64,000 nucleotides of DNA from Eledone cirrhosa. Lineage: Eukaryota. Position numbers and translations under genes: made by a program. The DNA lies in the NCBI GenBank assembly GCA_964016885.1, contig OZ024740.1:279434001-279498000 (forward strand), in the 5' to 3' direction. Position 1 is the first letter of the stretch; every line of letters begins with the position of its first letter. Below are positions 30,101 through 41,450 of the stretch, in pieces. The notes under the pieces were generated by a model. That model did no database searches, was not told the DNA's origin, and was given only the letters and a program-made list of their open reading frames with translations.

Positions 30101-33100
30101 AAACCTCAACTTGGATGGAGAACCTCGACTTGGAGTGAGAACCTCGACTTGGAGTGAAAACCTCGACTTGGAGTGAGAACCTCGACTTGGAGTGAAAACC
30201 TCGACTTGGAGTGAGAACCTCGACTTGGAGTGAAAACCTCGACTTGGAGTGAGAACCTCGACTTGGAGTGAAAACCTCGACTTGGAGTGAAAACCTCGAC
30301 TTGGAGTGAGAACCTCGACTTGGAGTGAGAACCTCGACTTGGAGTGAGAACCTCGACTTGGAGTGAGAACCTCGACTTGGAGTGAGAACCTCGACTTGGA
30401 GTGAAAACCTCGACTTGGAGTGAGAACCTCGACTTGGAATGAGAACCTCGACTTGGAGTGAAAACCTCGACTTGGAGTGAGAACCTCGACTTGGAGTGAA
30501 AACCTCGACTTGGAGTGAGAACCTCGACTTGGAGTGAAAACCTCGACTTGGAGTGTACACTGCGACTCTGAGTGAAAACCTCGACTTGGAGTGAGAACCT
30601 CGACTTGGAGTGAAAACCTCGACTTGGAGGGAGAACCTCGACTTGGAGTGAGAACCTCGACTTGGAGTGAAAACCTCGACTTGGAGTGAGAATCTCGACT
30701 TGGAGTGAAAACCTCGACTTGGAGTGAGAACCTCGACTTGGAGTGAAAACCTCGACTTGGAGTGAAAACCTCGACTTGGAGTGAGAACCTCGACTTGGAG
30801 TGAAAACCTCGACTTGGAGTGAGAACCTCGACTTGCAGTGAGAACCTCGACTTGGAGCGAGAACCTCGACTTGGAGTGAGAACCTCGACTTGGATGGAGA
30901 ACCTCGACTTGGAGTGAGAACCTCGACTTGGAGTGAAAACCTCGACTTGGAGTGAGAACCTCGACTTGGAGTGAAAACCTCGACTTGGAGTGAGAACCTC
31001 GACTTGGAGTGAAAACCTCGACTTGGAGTGAGAACCTCGACTTGGAGTGAAAACCTCGACTTGGAGTGAAAACCTCGACTTGGAGTGAGAACCTCGACTT
31101 GGAGTGAGAACCTCGACTTGGAGTGAGAACCTCGACTTGGAGTGAGAACCTCGACTTGGAGTGAGAACCTCGACTTGGAGTGAGAACCTCGACTTGGAGT
31201 GAAAACCTCGACTTGGAGTGAGAACCTCGACTTGGAATGAGAACCTCGACTTGGAGTGAAAACCTCGACTTGGAGTGAGAACCTCGACTTGGAGTGAAAA
31301 CCTCGACTTGGAGTGAGAACCTCGACTTGGAGTGAAAACCTCGACTTGGAGTGTAAACTGCGACTCTGAGTGAAAACCTCGACTTGGAGTGAGAACCTCG
31401 ACTTGGAGTGAAAACCTCGACTTGGAGGGAGAACCTCGACTTGGAGTGAGAACCTCGACTTGGAGTGAAAACCTCGACTTGGAGTGAGAATCTCGACTTG
31501 GAGTGAAAACCTCGACTTGGAGTGAGAACCTCGACTTGGAGTGAAAACCTCGACTTGGAGTGAAAACCTCGACTTGGAGTGAGAACCTCGACTTGGAGTG
31601 AAAACCTCGACTTGGAGTGAGAACCTCGACTTGCAGTGAGAACCTCGACTTGGAGCGAGAACCTCGACTTGGAGTGAGAACCTCGACTTGGAGTGAGAAC
31701 CTCGACTTGGAGTGAGAACCTCGACTTGGAGTGAGAACCTCGACTTGGAGTGAGAACCTCGACTTGGAGTGAGAACCTCGACTTGGAGTGAGAACCTCGA
31801 CTTGGAGTGAGAACCTCGACTTGGAGTGAGAACCTCGACTTGGAGTGAGAACCTCGACTTGGAGTTAAAACCTCGACTTGGAGTGAGAACCTCGACTTGG
31901 AGTGAGAACCTCGACTTGGAGTGAAAACCTCGACTTGGCGTGAGAACCTCGACTTGGAGTGAAAACCTCGACTTGGAGTGAGAACCTCGACTTGGAGTGA
32001 AAACCTCGACTTGGAGTGAGAACCTCGACTTGGAGTGAAAACCTCGACTTGGAGTGAGAACCTCGACTTGTAGTGAAAACCTCGACTTGGAGTGTAAACT
32101 GCGACTCTGAGTGAAAACCTCGACTTGGAGTGAGAACCTCGACTTGGAGTGAAAACCTCGACTTGGAGTGAAAACCTCGACTTGGAGTTAAAACCTCGAC
32201 TTGGAGTGAAAACCTCGACTTGGAGTGAAAACCTCGTCTTGGAGTGAGAACCTCGACTTGGAGTGAAAACCTCGACTTGGAGTGATAACCTCGACTTGGA
32301 GTGAAAACCTCGACTTGGAGTGAGAACCTCGACTTGGAGTGGAAACCTCGACTTGGAGTGAAAACCTCGACTTGGAGTGAAAACCTCGACTTGGAGTGAG
32401 AACCTCGACTTGGAGTGAGAACCTCGACTTGGAGTGAGAACCTCGACTTGGAGTGAGAACCTCGACTTGGAGTGAGAACCTCGACTTGGAGTGAGAACCT
32501 CGACTTGGAGTGTAAACTGCGACTCTGAGTGAAAACCTCGACTTGGAGTGAGAACCTCGACTTGGAGTGAAAACCTCGACTTGGAGTGAAAACCTCGACT
32601 TGGAGTGAGAACCTCGACTTGGAGTGAAAACCTCGACTTGGAGTGAGAACCTCGACTTGGAGTGAAAACCTCGACTTGGAGTGAGAACCTCGACTTGGAG
32701 TGAAAACCTCGACTTGGAGTGAGAACCTCGACTTGGAGTGAAAACCTCGACTTGGAGTGAGAACCTCGACTTGGAGTGAAAACCTCGACTAGGAGTGAGA
32801 AACTCGACTTGGAGTGAAAACCTCGACTTGGAGTGAGAACCTCGACTTGGAGTGAGAACCTCGACTTGGAGTGAAAACCTTGACTTGGAGTGAGAACCTC
32901 GACTTGGAGTGAAAACCTCGACTTGGAGTGAAAACCTCGACTTGGAGTGAAAACCTCGACTTGGAGTGAGAACCTCGACTTGGAGTGAGAACCTCGACTT
33001 GGAGTGAAAACCTCGACTTGGAGTGAGAACCTCGACTTGGAGTCTAAACTGCGACTCTGAGTGTAAACTGCGACTCTGAGTGAAAACCTCGACTTGGAGT

Positions 33101-34799
33101 GAAAACCTCAACTTGGATGGAGAACCTCGACTTGGAGTGAGAACCTCGACTTGGAGTGAAAACCTCGACTTGGAGTGAGAACCTCGACTTGGAGTGAAAA
33201 CCTCGACTTGGAGTGAGAACCTCGACTTGGAGTGAAAACCTCGACTTGGAGTGAGAACCTCGACTTGGAGTGAAAACCTCGACTTGGAGTGAGAACCTCG
33301 ACTTGGAGTGAGAACCTCGACTTGGAGTGAGAACCTCGACTTGGAGTGAGAACCTCGACTTGGAGTGAGAACCTCGACTTGGAGTGAGAACCTCGACTTG
33401 GAGTGAAAACCTCGACTTGGAGTGAGAACCTCGACTTGGAATGAGAACCTCGACTTGGAGTGAAAACCTCGACTTGGAGTGAGAACCTCGACTTGGAGTG
33501 AAAACCTCGACTTGGAGTGAGAACCTCGACTTGGAGTGAAAACCTCGACTTGGAGTGAGAACCTCGACTTGGAGTGAAAACCTCGACTTGGAGTGTAAAC
33601 TGCGACTCTGAGTGAAAACCTCGACTTGTAGTGAGAACCTCGACTTGGAGTGAAAACCTCGACTTGGAGGGAGAACCTCGACTTGGAGTGAGAACCTCGA
33701 CTTGGAGTGAAAACCTCGACTTGGAGTGATAATCTCGACTTGGAGTGAAAACCTCGACTTGGAGTGAGAACCTCGACTTGGAGTGAAAACCTCGACTTGG
33801 AGTGAGAATCTCGACTTGGAGTGAAAACCTCGACTTGGAGTGAGAACCTCGACTTGCAGTGAGAACCTCGACTTGGAGTGAAAACCTCGACTTGGAGTGA
33901 GAACCTCGACTTGGAGTGAGAACCTCGACTTGGAGTGAAAACCTCGACTTGGAGTGAAAACCTCGACTTGGAGTGAGAACCTCGACTTGGAGTGAGAACC
34001 TCGACTTGGAGTGAGAACCTCGACTTGGAGTGAGAACCTCGACTTGGAGTGAGAACCTCGACTTGGAGTGAAAACCTCGACTTGGAGTGAGAACCTCGAC
34101 TTGGAATGAGAACCTCGACTTGGAGTGAAAACCTCGACTTGGAGTGAGAACCTCGACTTGGAGTGAAAACCTCGACTTGGAGTGTAAACTGCGACTCTGA
34201 GTGAAAACCTCGACTTGGAGTGAGAACCTCGACTTGGAGTGAAAACCTCGACTTGGAGGGAGAACCTCGACTTGGAGTGAGAACCTCGACTTGGAGTGAA
34301 AACCTCGACTTGGAGTGAGAACCTCGACTTGGAGTGAAAACCTCGACTTGGAGTGAAAACCTCGACTTGGAGTGAAAACCTCGACTTGGAGTGAGAACCT
34401 CGACTTGGAGTGAGAACCTCGACTTGGAGTGAGAACCTCGACTTGGAGTGAGAACCTCGACTTGGAGTGAGAACCTCGACTTGGAGTGAGAACCTCGACT
34501 TGGAATGAGAACCTCGACTTGGAGTGAAAACCTCGACTTGGAGTGAGAACCTCGACTTGGAGTGAAAACCTCGACTTGGAGTGAGAACCTCGACTTGGAG
34601 TGAAAACCTCGACTTGGAGTGTAAACTGCGACTCTGAGTGAAAACCTCGACTTGGAGTGAGAACCTCGACTTGGAGTGAAAACCTCGACTTGGAGGGAGA
34701 ACCTCGACTTGGAGTGAGAACCTCGACTTGGAGTGAAAACCTCGACTTGGAGTGAGAACCTCGACTTGGAGTGAAAACCTCGACTTGGAGTGAGAACCT

Positions 34800-37700
34800 C
34801 GACTTGGAGTGAAAACCTCGACTTGGAGTGAGAACCTCGACTTGGAGTGAAAACCTCGACTTGGAGTGAGAACCTCGACTTGCAGTGAGAACCTCGACTT
34901 GGAGTGAAAACCTCGACTTGGAGTGAGAACCTCGACTTGGAGTGAGAACCTCGACTTGGAGTGAGAACCTCGACTTGGAGTGAGAACCTCGACTTGGAGT
35001 GAGAACCTCGACTTGGAGTGAAAACCTCGACTTGGAGTGAGAACCTCGACTTGGAGTGAGAACCTCGACTTGGAGTGAGAACCTCGACTTGGAGTGAAAA
35101 CCTCGACTTGGAGTGAGAACCTCGACTTGGAGTGAGAACCTCGACTTGGAGTGAGAACCTCGACTTGGAGTGAGAACCTCGACTTGGAGTTAAAACCTCG
35201 ACTTGGAGTGAGAACCTCGACTTGGAGTGAGAACCTCGACTTGGCGTGAGAACCTCGACTTGGAATGAAAACCTCGACTTGGAGTGAGAACCTCGACTTG
35301 GAGTGAAAACCTCGACTTGGAGTGAGAACCTCGACTTGGAGTGAAAACCTCGACTTGGAGTGAGAACCTCGACTTGTAGTGAAAACCTCGACTTGGAGTG
35401 AGAACCTCGACTTGGAGTGAGAACCTCGACTTGGAGTGAAAACCTCGACTTTGAGTGAGAACCTCGACTTGTAGTGAAAACCTCGACTTGGAGTGTAAAC
35501 TGCGACTCTGAGTGAAAACCTCGACTTGGAGTGAAAACCTCGACTTGGAGTGAAAACCTCGACTTGGAGTGAAAACCTCGACTTGGAGTGAAAACCTCAA
35601 CTTGGAGTGAAAACCTCGACTTGGAGTGAAAACCTCGTCTTGGAGTGAGAACCTCGACTTGGAGTGAAAACCTCGACTTGGAGTGAGAACCTCGACTTGG
35701 AGTGAAAACCTCGACTTGGAGTGAGAACCTCGACTTGGAGTGGAAACCTCGACTTGAAGTGGAAACCTCGACTTGGAGTGAAAACCTCGACTTGGAGTGA
35801 AAACCTCGACTTGGAGTGAGAACCTCGACTTGGAGTCTAAACTGCGACTCTGAGTGTAAACTGCGACTCTGAGTGAAAACCTCGACTTGGAGTGAAAACC
35901 TCAACTTGGATGGAGAACCTCGACTTGGAGTGAGAACCTCGACTTGGAGTGAAAACCTCGACTTGGAGTGAGAACCTCGACTTGGAGTGAAAACCTCGAC
36001 TTGGAGTGAGAACCTCGACTTGGAGTGAAAACCTCGACTTGGAGTGAGAACCTCGACTTGGCGTGAAAACCTCGACTTGGAGTGAAAACCTCGACTTGGA
36101 GTGAGAACCTCGACTTGGAGTGAGAACCTCGACTTGGAGTGAGAACCTCGACTTGGAGTGAGAACCTCGACTTGGAGTGAGAACCTCGACTTGGAGTGAG
36201 AACCTCGACTTGGAGTGAGAACCTCGACTTGGAGTGAGAACCTCGACTTGGAGTGAGAACCTCGACTTGGAATGAGAACCTCGACTTGGAGTGAAAACCT
36301 CGACTTGGAGTGAGAACCTCGACTTGGAATGAGAACCTCGACTTGGAGGGAGAACCTCGACTTGGAGTGAGAACCTCGACTTGGAGTGAAAACCTCGACT
36401 TGGAGTGAGAACCTCGACTTGGAGTGAAAACCTCGACTTGGAGTGAGAACCTCGACTTGGAGTGAAAACCTCGACTTGGAGTGAGAACCTCGACTTGGAG
36501 TGAAAACCTCGACTTGGAGTGAGAACCTCGACTTGCAGTGAGAACCTCGACTTGGAGTGAGAACCTCGACTTGCAGTGAGAACCTCGACTTGGAGTGAAA
36601 ACCTCGACTTGCAGTGAAAACCTCGACTTGGAGTGAGAACCTCGACTTGGAGTGAGAACCTCGACTTGGAGTGAGAACCTCGACTTGGAGTGAAAACCTC
36701 GACTTGGAGTGAGAACCTCGACTTGGAGTGAAAACCTCGACTTGGAGTGAGAACCTCGACTTGGAGTGAAGACCTCGACTTGGAGTGAGAACCTCGACTT
36801 GGAGTGAAAACCTCGACTTGGAGTGAAAACCTCGACTTGGAGTGAGAACCTCGACTTGGAGTGAGAACCTCGACTTGGAGTGAGAACCTCGACTTGGAGT
36901 GAGAACCTCGACTTGGAGTGAAAACCTCGACTTGGAGTGAGAACCTCGACTTGGAATGAGAACCTCGACTTGGAGTGAAAACCTCGACTTGGAGTGAGAA
37001 CCTCGACTTGGAGTGAAAACCTCGACTTGGAGTGTAAACTGCGACTCTGAGTGAAAACCTCGACTTGGAGTGAGAACCTCGACTTGGAGTGAAAACCTCG
37101 ACTTGGAGGGAGAACCTCGACTTGGAGTGAGAACCTCGACTTGGAGTGAAAACCTCGACTTGGAGTGAGAACCTCGACTTGGAGTGAAAACCTCGACTTG
37201 GAGTGAGAACCTCGACTTGGAGTGAAAACCTCGACTTGGAGTGAGAACCTCGACTTGGAGTGAAAACCTCGACTTGGAGTGAGAACCTCGACTTGCAGTG
37301 AGAACCTCGACTTGGAGTGAAAACCTCGACTTGGAGTGAAAACCTCGACTTGGAGTGAGAACCTCGACTTGGAGTGAGAACCTCGACTTGGAGTGAGAAC
37401 CTCGACTTGGAGTGAAAACCTCGACTTGGAGTGAGAACCTCGACTTGGAGTGAGAACCTCGACTTGGAGTGAGAACCTCGACTTGGAGTGAAAACCTCGA
37501 CTTGGAGTGAGAACCTCGACTTGGAGTGAGAACCTCGACTTGGAGTGAGAACCTCGACTTGGAGTGAGAACCTCGACTTGGAGTTAAAACCTCGACTTGG
37601 AGTGAGAACCTCGACTTGGAGTGAGAACCTCGACTTGGAGTGAGAACCTCGACTTGGAGTGAGAACCTCGACTTGGAGTGAAAACCTCGACTTGGCGTGA

Positions 37701-40700
37701 GAACCTCGACTTGGAGTGAAAACCTCGACTTGGAGTGAGAACCTCGACTTGGAGTGAAAACCTCGACTTGGAGTGAGAACCTCGACTTGGAGTGAAAACC
37801 TCGACTTGGAGTGAGAACCTCGACTTGTAGTGAAAACCTCGACTTGGAGTGAGAACCTCGACTTGGAGTGAGAACATCGACTTGGAGTGGAAACCTCGAC
37901 TTGGAGTGAAAACCTCGACTTGGAGTGAGAACCTCGACTTGGAGTGAGAACCTCGACTTGGAGTGGAAACCTCGACTTGGAGTGAAAACCTCGACTTGGA
38001 GTGAGAACCTCGACTTGGAGTGAGAACCTCGACTTGGAGTGAGAACCTCGACTTGGAGTGAGAACCTCGACTTGGAGTGTAAACTGCGACTCTGAGTGAA
38101 AACCTCGACTTGGAGTGAGAACCTCGACTTGGAGTGAAAACCTCGACTTGGAGTGAAAACCTCGACTTGGAGTGAGAACCTCGACTTGGAGTGAAAACCT
38201 CGACTTGGAGTGAGAACCTCGACTTGGAGTGAGAACCTCGACTTGGAGTGAGAACCTCGACTTGGAGTGAGAACCTCGACTTGGAGTGAGAACCTCGACT
38301 TGGAGTGAGAACCTCGACTTGGAGTGAGAACCTCGACTTGGAGTGAAAACCTCGACTTGGAGTGAGAACCTCGACTTGGAGTGAGAACCTCGACTTGGAG
38401 TGAAAACCTCGACTTGGAGTGAGAACCTCGACTTGGAGTGAAAACCTCGACTTGGAGTGAGAACCTCGACTTGGAGTGAAAACCTCGACTTGGAGTGAGA
38501 ACCTCGACTTGGAGTGAAAACCTCGACTTGGAGTGAGAACCTCGACTTGCAGTGAGAACCTCGACTTGGAGTGAAAACCTCGACTTGGAGTGAGAACCTC
38601 GACTTGGAGTGAGAACCTCGACTTGGAGTGAGAACCTCGACTTGGAGTGAGAACCTCGACTTGGAGTGAGAACCTCGACTTGGAGTGAAAACCTCGACTT
38701 GGAGTGAGAACCTCGACTTGGAGTGAGAACCTCGACTTGGAGTGAGAACCTCGACTTGGAGTGAAAACCTCGACTTGGAGTGAGAACCTCGACTTGGAGT
38801 GAGAACCTCGACTTGGAGTGAGAACCTCGACTTGGAGTGAGAACCTCGACTTGGAGTTAAAACCTCGACTTGGAGTGAGAACCTCGACTTGGAGTGAGAA
38901 CCTCGACTTGGCGTGAGAACCTCGACTTGGAATGAAAACCTCGACTTGGAGTGAGAACCTCGACTTGGAGTGAAAACCTCGACTTGGAGTGAGAACCTCG
39001 ACTTGGAGTGAAAACCTCGACTTGGAGTGAGAACCTCGACTTGTAGTGAAAACCTCGACTTGGAGTGAGAACCTCGACTTGGAGTGAGAACCTCGACTTG
39101 GAGTGAAAACCTCGACTTTGAGTGAGAACCTCGACTTGTAGTGAAAACCTCGACTTGGAGTGTAAACTGCGACTCTGAGTGAAAACCTCGACTTGGAGTG
39201 AAAACCTCGACTTGGAGTGAAAACCTCGACTTGGAGTGAAAACCTCGACTTGGAGTGAAAACCTCAACTTGGAGTGAAAACCTCGACTTGGAGTGAAAAC
39301 CTCGTCTTGGAGTGAGAACCTCGACTTGGAGTGAAAACCTCGACTTGGAGTGAGAACCTCGACTTGGAGTGAAAACCTCGACTTGGAGTGAGAACCTCGA
39401 CTTGGAGTGGAAACCTCGACTTGAAGTGGAAACCTCGACTTGGAGTGAAAACCTCGACTTGGAGTGAAAACCTCGACTTGGAGTGAGAACCTCGACTTGG
39501 AGTGAGAACCTCGACTTGGAGTCTAAACTGCGACTCTGAGTGTAAACTGCGACTCTGAGTGAAAACCTCGACTTGGAGTGAAAACCTCAACTTGGATGGA
39601 GAACCTCGACTTGGAGTGAGAACCTCGACTTGGAGTGAAAACCTCGACTTGGAGTGAGAACCTCGACTTGGAGTGAAAACCTCGACTTGGAGTGAGAACC
39701 TCGACTTGGAGTGAAAACCTCGACTTGGAGTGAGAACCTCGACTTGGCGTGAAAACCTCGACTTGGAGTGAAAACCTCGACTTGGAGTGAGAACCTCGAC
39801 TTGGAGTGAGAACCTCGACTTGGAGTGAGAACCTCGACTTGGAGTGAGAACCTCGACTTGGAGTGAGAACCTCGACTTGGAGTGAGAACCTCGACTTGGA
39901 GTGAGAACCTCGACTTGGAGTGAGAACCTCGACTTGGAGTGAGAACCTCGACTTGGAATGAGAACCTCGACTTGGAGTGAAAACCTCGACTTGGAGTGAG
40001 AACCTCGACTTGGAATGAGAACCTCGACTTGGAGGGAGAACCTCGACTTGGAGTGAGAACCTCGACTTGGAGTGAAAACCTCGACTTGGAGTGAGAACCT
40101 CGACTTGGAGTGAAAACCTCGACTTGGAGTGAGAACCTCGACTTGGAGTGAAAACCTCGACTTGGAGTGAGAACCTCGACTTGGAGTGAAAACCTCGACT
40201 TGGAGTGAGAACCTCGACTTGCAGTGAGAACCTCGACTTGGAGTGAGAACCTCGACTTGCAGTGAGAACCTCGACTTGGAGTGAAAACCTCGACTTGCAG
40301 TGAAAACCTCGACTTGGAGTGAGAACCTCGACTTGGAGTGAGAACCTCGACTTGGAGTGAGAACCTCGACTTGGAGTGAAAACCTCGACTTGGAGTGAGA
40401 ACCTCGACTTGGAGTGAAAACCTCGACTTGGAGTGAGAACCTCGACTTGGAGTGAAGACCTCGACTTGGAGTGAGAACCTCGACTTGGAGTGAAAACCTC
40501 GACTTGGAGTGAAAACCTCGACTTGGAGTGAGAACCTCGACTTGGAGTGAGAACCTCGACTTGGAGTGAGAACCTCGACTTGGAGTGAGAACCTCGACTT
40601 GGAGTGAAAACCTCGACTTGGAGTGAGAACCTCGACTTGGAATGAGAACCTCGACTTGGAGTGAAAACCTCGACTTGGAGTGAGAACCTCGACTTGGAGT

Positions 40701-41450
40701 GAAAACCTCGACTTGGAGTGAGAACCTCGACTTGGAGTGAAAACCTCGACTTGGAGTGTAAACTGCGACTCTGAGTGAAAACCTCGACTTGGAGTGAGAA
40801 CCTCGACTTGGAGTGAAAACCTCGACTTGGAGGGAGAACCTCGACTTGGAGTGAGAACCTCGACTTGGAGTGAAAACCTCGACTTGGAGTGAGAACCTCG
40901 ACTTGGAGTGAAAACCTCGACTTGGAGTGAGAACCTCGACTTGGAGTGAAAACCTCGACTTGGAGTGAGAACCTCGACTTGGAGTGAAAACCTCGACTTG
41001 GAGTGAGAACCTCGACTTGCAGTGAGAACCTCGACTTGGAGTGAAAACCTCGACTTGGAGTGAAAACCTCGACTTGGAGTGAGAACCTCGACTTGGAGTG
41101 AGAACCTCGACTTGGAGTGAGAACCTCGACTTGGAGTGAAAACCTCGACTTGGAGTGAGAACCTCGACTTGGAGTGAGAACCTCGACTTGGAGTGAGAAC
41201 CTCGACTTGGAGTGAAAACCTCGACTTGGAGTGAGAACCTCGACTTGGAGTGAGAACCTCGACTTGGAGTGAGAACCTCGACTTGGAGTGAGAACCTCGA
41301 CTTGGAGTTAAAACCTCGACTTGGAGTGAGAACCTCGACTTGGAGTGAGAACCTCGACTTGGAGTGAGAACCTCGACTTGGAGTGAGAACCTCGACTTGG
41401 AGTGAAAACCTCGACTTGGCGTGAGAACCTCGACTTGGAGTGAAAACCTC
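34800..41450. repeat. Higher-order duplication in array A, period about 3.67-3.72 kb
   Basis: Identical 136-aa pseudo-ORFs at 35190 and 38857 (offset 3667). Doublet markers at 35835/39521. Private GAAGACC variant at about 36768/40453. Ends are approximate. Confidence 0.85.
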
